DNA of 64,000 nucleotides. Source: Girardia tigrina (lineage: Eukaryota). Below, piece after piece: positions 1 through 10,686 of the stretch (positions within the stretch are counted from its first letter, which is position 1; the number at the start of each line of letters is the position of its first letter). The notes below the pieces were generated by a model, which saw only the letters and a list, made by a program, of their open reading frames with translations, ran no database searches and had not been told where the DNA came from. The stretch is from positions 1-64,000 of the forward strand of contig MQRK01230469.1 in assembly GCA_001938485.1 (NCBI GenBank), in the 5' to 3' direction. A program made the position numbers and the translations under genes.

Positions 1-419
1 GAGGGAGAATGCCCATTTTTACACTACTACATTTGAAAAGGAGTCAGACAATTATATTTGAAAGCTTGTTTAAAGTTATTAACAAAAATATTTTAGAATA
101 CCCAACAATTTTAGCTTTGAGATCGTTCATAGATCTCAGAAGTATGATGATGAGACGTGATGAGTCATTAAATAATTGACGGTTTGGCAGTAGAAGCCAT
201 GTATATGCACACATACTCTCATATCACCTGATAAGCTTTCGAAATAACATTACATAACAGCATAATGGATTAATACGTACATTTGTGTGTATCTAGTACA
301 TATTTAGATTTTTTAGGCACTCACACTTACATTAGTCATACAGTTTTACATCCACTGGGTTACACAAAGCATATAGCATCTACTATTGTGGTAAATTTGT
401 GGCACTACAGAGAGAAAAT

Positions 420-560
420 ATGTCACAGCGTGAAAAAGTTGCTCGAATTGGAATGAGCAAGACAATAGTGTCTTACTTAGCCTTGCATTACAGCTTCGTT
501 TGAGGCTCAACCACGATTTGGAAGGCCGCGAAGTATGTCAGCTCAAACAGATTTGTTGAT
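420..560 (+). mobile_element. Degenerate Tc1-like transposase N-terminal (HTH) remnant
   Basis: Manual translation gives MSQREKVARIGMSKTIV and, further on, GRPRSMSAQTD, resembling the Tc1 paired-like HTH and GRPR motif; no intact ORF or TIR seen. Confidence 0.35.
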
Positions 561-1056
561 CAAAAAGCGCGGTCATCTTTAATGCTCTCTCAATTACAGC
601 CTAATCTTACCCCAAGTAGCTGAACAAAACGGTATCGACTCCTTGATAATTTTCAGCTACTTGCGCATTACCCAGCATGAGTGCCTGCATTATCTCGCAA
701 GAACGGTACTGATCACCTTGCATTGATTAAACGACATCTTCACTGGACTCTCGATGGCTGACCACTAGCGATGAAACAATAGTGCAACAGTACCAATGCG
801 ATTCTTCCCATGTGTGACGACCGCGTTGACAATGCTTTTCTAAATTAGTATATATTAAAGGAAGAAAACAATAAAGAGCACTAAGAAATCATTAAAATAC
901 CATATTCTGTAGGTTTAAAAAATTTAAGAAGAGTATTTGTAAGAATATTGGTAGCGTTAAACTGACTTCTATGACATCGAAAGTTCAAAGCTACCTTTTA
1001 AATAAATTGTAAACAATTTTTGGATGACAAGATAATCAGGTTTATGTTATATATAC

Positions 1057-1228
1057 TGTAAGGATGACTAATTATAAAATATCTATATTATATTAAATAC
1101 ATATTGATATTTATACTTAAAAAGGATTCACAATATTTTTATTAATTCTCCTGAATTGTTGTTTAAATAATATGGTATAATTGTGGATATAAAAAAATCT
1201 TTGAAAATGACTTGTGTGCCTCCTTACA
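1057..1228 (+). repeat. 5' LTR of gypsy element
   Basis: Direct repeat of 10516-10686 (about 7 substitutions and 1 indel counted by eye); 8-bp terminal inverted repeat. Confidence 0.95.
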
Positions 1229-2205
1229 TGGCCACCACGCCTTACAACATTTTGTCTCCAAATATATATGACGGACACAATGATTTGGAACAATTTATTA
1301 TCGAGTGCCAGAGGTTTTTCGAAGTATCTCTGGTAAACGAAACGATACAAGCTCTCGCAGTGAAGGCTTTTATCAACAAGGATCTTCTATCAACATACAA
1401 AGCAGTGGACGAGAAAATAAAGAATTTTGCAGAGCGTCTTCGAAAGGCATTCAAGAAGCCATCGTCATTAATCCATGACTTTCAGGATATTATCAATTAT
1501 AGAAAAGGATCGGATTCGGTAAATTCATATTATAATAAAGTTTAAAAAATGGTGGACAAAATTTTAAGCTACAAATTAAATAAAACTGAGTTAATGACAT
1601 ATTTTGTGACACATTGTGTCAAAGATGTTGATGTAAAAACTCAAATCTATTTGCAGGAAGCGAAGTCCCCCGAAAAAATTAAAATGGTAATCGAAAAAAT
1701 GGATATGATCCACTCGGAAGTCCAAGCTTCAGAAGTGGTCAATATGTACAGGAAAAAGGTGCTGAAGGAGAAAACTGATTTTCAACTACAACAACCAAGG
1801 AAAATGCAATTTGGCAGCGAATTCAGAAAAACAATGACAGGATCACCTAAACAATCGAACTTAAGAACAGAAAACCACAATATCACGTGTTATGGGTGTG
1901 GAAAGAAGAGACACATCCGGCGTACATGCCCAGAAAATGTGAAAACTTGTTATGGGTGCAGAGGCTCGGGACATTTAAGAAGAAATTGCCCATACTTAAA
2001 ATGCGCAGCATGTGGAGCAAACGACCATCTGCAGTATCAATGTAACAGAAAAGAAGACAGTAAGAGGTCAGATAATCGTTATCGATTTAACCAACGGGAT
2101 TCGTCTCCCAAAGTGACTATTGCGGGAATGGATGAAACGGATGGAACTCGACGATCGGGAGGTGAATCGGAGAATCAGTCAAACTTCGAGGCTCTGTCAC
2201 ATTAG
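1228..2205 (+). pseudogene. gag: gag with three CCHC zinc knuckles, one in-frame stop (1543-1545)
   Basis: ORFs 1183-1545 and 1549-2205 are in the same frame; CYGCGKKRHIRRTC, CYGCRGSGHLRRNC, CAACGANDHLQYQC. Confidence 0.9.
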
Positions 2206-2220
2206 GAGGTGATGGGAGCC
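2178..2220 (+). promoter_or_regulatory. Candidate gag-pol -1 ribosomal frameshift signal (slippery heptamer + stem-loop)
   Basis: G_TCA_AAC in the gag frame, 5-nt spacer, hairpin GGCTCTGTCAC/GTGATGGGAGCC (2190-2220); the -1 frame stays open into the protease ORF at 2244. Confidence 0.65.
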
Positions 2221-2243
2221 ATAAACTAAATGGTAAGAATATT

Positions 2244-4725
2244 TTGAATCCTTATATATGTAATAGTATTAAATGTAATTATATTTATAATAGTAGTAAA
2301 AATATTAATGATAGTTATGATATTGGTAATATTTATAAGAATAATAAAAGTGTTAAGGAATACAATGTTAATAGTATGACACCAAATGATAAAAATAAAA
2401 ATTGCTTGAATCAGGGTAGTAAATGGATAAATGAGAAGGGAAATGAAACGAAAATGAGAGAGCTTTTAATGAATTCAAAAATGAAGTTAGATTATGGTAT
2501 ATTTAATGGGAGGCCGAGTATGAAAGCAAATATTGATGGCTGGGAATTAAATTGTTTATTCGATACCGGAGCCCGAATAAATGTACTAGATCAGAAAATT
2601 GTTACAAAATTAGGGATTGTAGTGGATAATAAAGCTTTAAATAAGACAGAAGTAGTGTGTAGCAATGGAAGTGGTATGGAAGTTATGGGTATATGTAGAT
2701 TAGGGATTATTTGGAGAAATACCAAAATAGATGGAGTATTTTATGTGGCCAAGACAGTATTTCCATCGGTAATTTTTGGAATAAAATTAATTGAGGCTTT
2801 GGGTTTTGAATTAAAATATCAGGGAGATGTTAACATAATAGAAGACAGATTGATGAACATTCCAAATATGGAGATATGCGCGATTGATCCATATATAAGT
2901 AAAAATCCGAAGAAAAAAGGCTACAAAATGAGAAATGTAAATTAAAACTACAGACTGGTACAAAGTTGTACATAGCGTAGATAAATTCAGAAATATTTTC
3001 ATGGCTGGTAAGTGGGAAATAGGAAAAAAGACTTTAGTTAAACACGAAATAAAAACCAATTCTACACAAACCTCGTCGACAACCGGCCCATTTGGAAAAG
3101 CATATTGATGAAGCTATAATGAATTTAGAGAATGATGGGATTATAGAGAAATGGTCATCACCGTGGAATACGTCGATGGTTTGCGTATGGAAAAAAGAAA
3201 AGAAAGAAATTCGGTTGTGTCTGGATTTTAGACTATTAAATCAGGTTACGGAAAGACCAGCTTTTCCTATACCAAACATCGATGAAATGTTAGAATCTCT
3301 AAATGGAATGAAATGGTTTAGCGCTATAGATTTAGGCAATGCATATTATCAGATAGAGTTTGAAGAAGGATCGAAATTAAAAACGGCATTTTCGACTAAG
3401 ACAGGACAATATTGTTTTACCAAGATGCCGTTTGGTATAATGGCTGCACCAGCAACGTTTCAAAAATTAATGACAGATATTTTAAAAGAGATGCTGTGGA
3501 AGGAAACCCTGGTATATTTAGACGCCATCTTAATATTATCTGAAACAGAAGTACAACATTTCGAGAGGCTCGAAAGGTTGTTTTCTAGAATTCAAACAGT
3601 AGGACTACGAATAAACCCAGAAAAATGTAGATTTTTTCAAAAAGAGCTAAAGTTTCTGGGCCACATTGTAAGTAGAGACGGTATTAAAACAGATTCAGAG
3701 AAGGTTAAAACAATTCAAGATTTAGAGAAGCCAAACTGCATAAAAAAACTACGTAGTTTTTTAGGATTGTGCAACTATTATAGAAAATTTATTAAGGACT
3801 ATTCAAAATTGTCAAAACCATTAGAAGAGTTGTGTGGAAGTACAAAGAACTCTCTGTATTGGTCAGAATTTCATACCGAAGCATTTAATAAATTGAAGGA
3901 AGCCCTGTCGACTACACCAGTATTATGTTATCCAGATTTCAAGAAAGAATTCATATTAGATACCGATGCTTCATTTGACACAATACGTACTGTATTGGCA
4001 CAGCTAAATGACAATGGATCTAAGACGATATCGAAACATGAGATTGGCTATTGCATTATGAGGAAAGGGCTACTAGCCATTTTTCACTTTACCAAACATT
4101 TTAAACACTATTTATACGGTGCCCGATTTAAATTGAAAACAGACCATAAGACAATAGAATTTATTATGACCACAAAGAAAGCAATAATGCCCCAATTTCA
4201 GAATTGGATGAATTATTTAAGTAGTTTAGATATGGAGTTAAACTACAGGAAAGGAACACTACATCAGAATGCAGATGCGTTGTCACGGAAAGATTGTATG
4301 ACATGTGCACAGTGTCTTTTGATACACGAACAGGCGAAATCAAATAGACCACGAATGAGAATGTTGACGTTAAATGAGGACATGTCACCAATTCCGTGGC
4401 AAACGAATAATGAGGAAATCAGAGAAATATGTGTAAAATTGGATGAAGGTAAGGCCGTTAGATTCAAAAGAAGTAAGGGATGTATTAAAATATTAAATTA
4501 TAAGATCTGGATACGAAAAGACTCTAGGAAAGATTGTATCTCATTTTTCCACCAATATCTGTGTCATGCAGGAGTCGATAAAAAGTACTACTTCATGAAA
4601 AAAGAATATGATATGGAAGAATTCGCAAAACAAGTAGAAGTAATTGTTCGGAGTTGTGTAACATGTCAAACATCACAAACATATACAGGAGCCACTAAGG
4701 AAACAATAATAAACTTGGTTTCCAA
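2244..4725 (+). pseudogene. pol: pol (protease, RT, RNase H, integrase Zn finger), disrupted
   Basis: LFDTGA protease; RLCLDFR, MPFG and YLDA (decayed YxDD) in RT; ILDTDAS RNase H; H..CH...C..C integrase N-terminus; disruptions between 2945 and 3092. Confidence 0.93.
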
Positions 4726-5593
4726 CAGTGGCGAACCCAAGATTTCTGTATGGGAGGGACCCTATAAGTTTAGCTTTGCAAAATCGTCATTTTAAATATT
4801 TAAATACCAGCATTTCCGCGTAATTTCTGTTAGAATATCTGAAATTGGAACCAAAAACGGAATAACGATGGTATTCATGAAATCATCAAGTTATTTAATT
4901 ACAAAACAACTAATGCTAGAAAACTTCACAAGCAGAAGTTCAGCTTTCTTTTGGATTTGGCCAATTCATCAACAATTTTATCCACACCATCCTGCTGAAG
5001 AGCAATGGTAATGTCACGATTCCTTGTCATGTGAGTCAATCCACTAAGTCTCAACGTCTTTATAGTAGAACGAAGGTATATCTTCAGTCGACGCTGTGTT
5101 GAAAAGGAACGTTCTGAACTTGCTGATGTAACAGGTAATGTTGCAAAGATATGCAGAAACACAAATATATTTGGGAAAAATAAGCGATTGCAACTCCGAA
5201 GAGACTCAATTGCAGATGTTGATCTTTGCGAGATTGGGAGTTTCGTCCACTTGCTTGTCCACCGGTTGAACTCAGCTTCCAATACTTCGCATGATGATTC
5301 GTGTAGATCATCCGCATAAAAGTGTGCCGCTTCCATAATGTCTGGGAATGATGACATGGAAGAATACTTTGGGATCAGACACTGCAGTTTTAAAGCGGTA
5401 TTTCTTCCGTCTGCAAAACGTGACTTGAATTGCATTATCAGATAGTCAATATAGGGCAGAAAGATGTTGCGATTGTAATATTCCAAAGAATTTTCACTAG
5501 GCACATTCCCCCTGTGCACCTGCCTTGGGAGAATTCTCGGCAGCTTTATTTCTGATCCCGCAAGAATAGCCATCGAACACATTAGCATGAATA

Positions 5594-8042
5594 TGTCGCG
5601 ACCCCTCGAGGTATAAACATTTTTGAAAGCTTTTGAGCCCCCAGTGGCTCTTAAGGGTCAGCCACAACCCAACATCGATTACAAGATTTACTGATTTCTA
5701 CTTATATGACGGGTCGGACGTCTCTTCTCACTCGACATCTGCCTGGCAGTGCCGAGTTTGAAGGACCTTCGGGTTCTGGTAAAGACGGGATGGCCTTTGG
5801 GCCCCCACCTGGCTGAGCGTCGCACGAGGATGATTTTAAACTATACTTGTTATCCCTATCATGTCTTAGTAATAATCCGAATTAGTTGGTAGTTCTGGGG
5901 ATCACCCTAAAACCTTAAGGTGTCGACCTCACTATTGAAATATTTTATAGTAAGAATGTTACTTAAAGATTTTCACTTCATTTTCATGCAATTTCAAATC
6001 CCTTTATCGTGAAATGACTTAGTTTTATTTGGATTATTGCCATATTATAATTACTAAATCGTAGATTGTTTAGTTACTAAATGACAATCTCGTTAAATCT
6101 TAAACTTTATTTATTTAATACTCAGTGCATTCACTTATTTCATATCAATTTCGTACCGCTTACCGAACTGATGATTTCTTTAAAAACGAAACGATTTCTT
6201 TAAATTACTAATACATCTATATTTATTAAACTCAAAATCTTTCAATAAAATCAGTTAAATTTGATTAATAATAAACTTATAAAATTGAGTTAAAATTAAA
6301 TAAACGTAAAAAAAATATAACTGCATAAATGCACGTAAAAACGTTTGTTTAAATTATCAAAGTTCGACCTTTAATTGTCGACACGGAATTGAACTCTGCT
6401 TAAAATCATGGTTTTACATCGAGCCTGATTGCAAAAGACGCGCTATGTTCGCGCTCGTGACCCACTCGGGTAATTTGTCTTAATTGTTCCTTAAGTTTTT
6501 ATATATGAAATCACTATTATCTTTATTTTATTAACTTTCTCGCACCAACAAAAAAAATGTTAAAATATACGCTTCAAATAATTTAAATATCAATTCAATA
6601 ACGGTTAAAGCGACATTCACTAAAATTCAATACTCCAATTAATTTAAATATTAATTTAATAACGATTAAAACGACGTTCACTAAAATTTATTGCTTTATA
6701 AGATTGAAAGGTTAAGGTTAAAGGCCGATTACGACGGAACGGAATTTCCCGCGCCACCGTCGCTATATGGATCGCTGCACATGAACCGGTGGATCGAGTC
6801 CGTCGAGAAATGATGCGCTGTGAGCGCCTCTGATAAACACCTCCATTGAAATTGACCTTATGTCAACGATCATTAGGACCGTATGGTCCCCCACGAATTC
6901 TGTCGGCTCTACCATTTGGAAATCGATTTGGGACATGTATAGCGACGGGCGACGGCGGCGACGACGACTCTCTACTCTACTTAAACGATTAACTCGGTTT
7001 ATAAATTAAAATCAATGGAAATTAAGGAATAACATTAAAAATTTTCATCATAAAGTTTTATTACACAATAAAAAGAGTAAAAAATAAAATAACTAAATTA
7101 ATTACAGTTCGCTTTATTTCTCGTTTCCGGGGAATGTTCGTTCACGTCGATCTCTATCCTCAGCATGTTCTCGAATGGTAGTGTTGAATCTCCAAATAGC
7201 GCTGGGAAAGGCTCTCGGAAATGCTCTCAGATTATGCGCGTTGAAATTGTGCTGGAAGTCGCGTGTAGATGATAGCTCGAACGAAATGTCTCTATAAAAT
7301 TGTTGATCAATAAGTGCGAGCTGTCTGGAAAAGTGATTCCCTTTTATATTCTAGGTTCCGTGTATGTGGTGTCTCAACTCCACCAATCAACTGCTACCAA
7401 CAAGGAGTCTAGGAACTTCTAAGATGCTGGTTGGACGGCCGAGTAAGCGTGTCTTCTAAAAAATTTTTCAATTTTTGAAAATTTTGATTTTATTATAGGT
7501 TCCTAGCCTGTGTGTCATGGCACACCTTCAAATCCTGACATTCGTGTGCGGCTGCGTCAGCGATGACTCGGCTGAAATTTTCGGGTGATTGTTGACTCAT
7601 GGTGAGTTTTAATTAACATTTGTTTGTTTTAATTAATTCTTGATTCTTTGCAAGGTTATAACTTTCGTCAGGAATAGATTGTCGATCCGGGGATTTCGAT
7701 CATGGGTTCAACGCATGAAGATCTACATGGGAAGGGTCAGTTGACCCCCTAACTATAATGGATAGTCCTGTAGGTAACTTTTTTAATTTCGGGATTATTT
7801 TAATTGATTTTTTCTTCTTTCAGGGTCCACAACCCCTCTTCTAGTCTTCGTGATGCCGCGATACCGCCTCACATGGACCAAAATGATGTGAAGTGTTTTA
7901 TTAGTGAATATATTTTCTGTTAATGTCTTCTTTTTTTTGTGTTGTCAATTTGTTTGTATTTCTAGTAATAAATTTGCTTAAAATATTTTAATGGGTTAGT
8001 ATTTCAAATAATAAATTTTCTAATGGGTTCTGGACCGTAACA
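5594..8042 (-). mobile_element. 2.45-kb solo LTR of a large LTR retrotransposon
   Basis: Ends TGTCGCG...CGTAACA, 4-bp TSD AATA (5590-5593 / 8043-8046); removing it rejoins the hAT ORF; minus-strand TATA at 7342-7348 suggests orientation. Confidence 0.85.
5618..5834 (+). ncRNA. Candidate structured RNA module at LTR terminus (copy 1)
   Basis: Nested helices with G-U pairs, a cUUCGg loop, and ordered motifs shared with 34883-35088. Confidence 0.55.
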
Positions 8043-9754
8043 AATAACAGCAAAGGATTCATCGGCACGCATGGCTTCAAGTTGTTCTTTAACGTCTTCC
8101 ACGTTTTCCACCGCAAAATGCAGATCCAAATCAACTGACTGGAGTGCTTCAGATAGAGGCGATATTAAGGCATTTTTGACCTTTGCTTGGACGCCATTAA
8201 ATTCGCCCGACATTGTCGAACACCCATCATAAGCTTGTCCTCGAAGAAGATTGCCATCCAAGTCATTATATTTCAAAATGTTGAGAATGTTCTCTGAGAT
8301 GTTCTCTGCACACGTGGAACTTAGTTCAGAAAAGCATAGAAATCTTTCCCTAATGTGCAAGTTATCCATATCAACATAACGAAGGCACATACTAAATTGT
8401 GATTGCGTTGCACAGTCCATCGTTTCATCTGCAATCAGAGTGAAGAATCGTGATTTCTTCACTTCACTGGAAATTGTCTGACGGATAATGCTGTCAATCG
8501 CCGCAATAATCTGATTTTGCAAATTCCAACTGATGTATGTAGCATTTTGTGCAGCTGTTGATATATGACGTTCAAGTGCTTTGTCTCCTGATCTGATTTT
8601 GAAACGCTGCAATGCTCTAAAAACACCATCATTTTCATCAGCTTCACTTAATTTTAAATCACCATGATCGCGATGTCCACGAAGAGGCAGTTCCGCAAGC
8701 CCGCAGAATAGAATAGACTCAACTGATGGCATAATTCGAGCACGATTCTCTAAGATCTGTGCACCCCGACCTCTATCAATTAAATTAAGAATTGTCTCGG
8801 ATTCCTTGTTCTGTATCTTGCAGAAATTTTCACTAAACTCCATTGCAGTTTTGTGGTAGTTAGTATTTTTGTGACTCTGGCAAATTTCGATGGCCTTCTT
8901 AAACTTTGCTAATGGCTGCTTCACCAGAACACCAGGGGTTACGGAGGAATTGTATGACACGTCCGAACAGACAAAAAATACACAGTGCATGCAGAACCCA
9001 CCATTCACTTTCTTACTGTAGAGCAGCCAAGGAAATCGGCAAATCCAAGAGAGTTGAAATACCCGTTGTTTACCGCCTTCGGTAACCGGGGGAATTTGAA
9101 GTCTGCTGGTGGTATCCAGGCATCTTGTAGAAATTTCAACTTCTTTGTCTCACTGACGTTAGTTGGATTCAGAGATGTATCACTGATGTCAAAGGGAAAG
9201 GAAACCCAAGCTGCCACCCCGATGGAAGTCGAAGAGATAGTTGTCATAGCGGAGGTTGTGGGGATATTTGCGGAATATATCTTCTTCTGTGGAGGTTCTT
9301 TGTTAGTGGGCATCGTGGCGTCAACTTCAAATGGTCGTTTTACCAGAAAAGCAGAAACTGAAGTTTGTTTCATCTAAAAGTACACTAACAATTCATTAAA
9401 ATATGTAAAATAATCGTCTTTCCTGAAATGGTTTTACCTTTTAGTAAAGAGATCAAACAGGTAAAACGACACACTGAGTATTAACAGGAATTAACAGCAC
9501 ATGCCATTATATAATGTCTACAAGTCAATATAAATACATCCCACTGCATTTAATTGAAAGTGATTGGTCTATTTATAAAGTACAAGGCACAAAAAATTGG
9601 ATGAGTCATAATGCTCTCTGAAAAGTCATACAAATGTCATAAATTCTGGGCACATTTTTGACTGAGTAGGGAGCCAATCATAAAAAGGTCAAAATTTCTT
9701 TGCATATTTTTTGGGGGGCCCGTACCCCTTGTGCCCCGCCTGGGTGCGCTACTG

Positions 9755-10503
9755 GTTTCCAAACAGCCGTTCGACGACTTTTATATCGATTTTTGTGGGC
9801 ATCTACCCGTTACTAAGGGAAAGAAATACATTTTGGGCATTATTGATAGATTCAGCCGATACATCGTACTAACAGCCAGGAGCAATCAAGATGAAGCGAC
9901 AGTGATGAATACGATTCAGTAAAAGAGGATATTCAGATTCAGTGCACCAGGATGTATACATGTGGATCGAGGTAAAGTTTTCGAAGCTCAAAGATTCTTA
10001 GAATATGCTAGATTCATGTTAATTGAGATACGGTTTTCAAGTCCATATCACCAAAATGCGAATGAGATAATCGAGCGCCAATTTCGAACGATTCGGGATG
10101 TACTAAATGCCTCTCTGAAAGAAGAAAATGGAAGAAACTGGGTGGATTTACTCCCATAAATCGAGTTTAATATGAATGCATCCATACAAAAGACTATTGG
10201 ATGCAGTCCGGCAGAAGTTATTCTGGGAAAAAGGATAACACTAGATGGTTCGCGTCATTATGAGTTAGACAACAAGAAAGTAATTGAAAAAGTTCTAATG
10301 ATTGAAACAGAGTTACCAATGTCAGTAACACCGAGGCGCGAATTTAAAGAAAGGGATTTAGTTTTAGAAAGAATAGAAAACAGACAAAAAGTAACGGACC
10401 GGTATGAAGGGCCGTATGAGATTATTAAAAAAACCACATGATCGTTGTGTAGAAATGAAGAATAATACGGGTCGAATAATGAATAGAATGGCTAAAGCCT
10501 TTT
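9755..10503 (+). pseudogene. pol: Integrase core / C-terminus of gypsy pol (continuation)
   Basis: FYIDFCG, IIDRFSRY, DRG, SSPYHQNAN..IERQFRTI, GCSPAE, YEGPY; several stops. Confidence 0.9.
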
Positions 10504-10515
10504 AAAGAAGGGGGC

Positions 10516-10686
10516 TGTAAGGATGACTAATTATAAAAAACCTATATTATATTAAATACATATTGATATTTAAACTTAATAAGGATTCACAATATTCTAT
10601 TAATTCTCCTGAATTGTTGTTTAAATAATATGGTATAATTGTGGATATAAATAAATCTTTGAAAATGACTTGTGCGCCTCCTTACA
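10516..10686 (+). repeat. 3' LTR of gypsy element
   Basis: Repeat of 1057-1228, preceded by a polypurine tract. Confidence 0.95.

Larger units (their letters stand above)
4926..9373 (-). pseudogene. hAT transposase (P52rIPK/THAP12/ZMYM1-like), frameshifted, internally deleted, split by a solo LTR
   Basis: ORFs 9005-9373, 8004-9008 (LPLRGHRD, LIADETMD, GQAYDGCSTMSG) and 4926-5588 (dimerization motif LPVTSASSERSFS). Confidence 0.9.
4726..9754 (-). mobile_element. hAT DNA transposon inserted in the gypsy integrase
   Basis: TIRs CAGTGGCGAACCCAAG / CCTGGGTGCGCTACTG (13/16 match), perfect 8-bp TSD GTTTCCAA (4718-4725 / 9755-9762). Confidence 0.95.
1057..10686 (+). mobile_element. Full-length decayed Ty3/gypsy LTR retrotransposon with nested insertions
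   Basis: Two ~172-bp LTRs (TGTAAGGA...TCCTTACA), 5-bp TSD TATAC (1052-1056 / 10687-10691), PPT AAAGAAGGGGGC before the 3' LTR, domain order gag-PR-RT-RH-IN. Confidence 0.96.

Noticed and set aside
5618-5834. Assignment of the LTR module to U3 snoRNA, telomerase RNA, 7SK or tRNA/SINE
   Set aside because: Only short motif resemblances (GAGCGT, GATGAT, CAACCC, a B-box-like GTTCT); order and remaining boxes do not fit both copies. Left unassigned pending an Rfam search.
6148-6197. Hammerhead-like CTGATGA...GAAAC in the solo LTR
   Set aside because: Stems I and II do not pair convincingly, and I saw no counterpart in the second LTR
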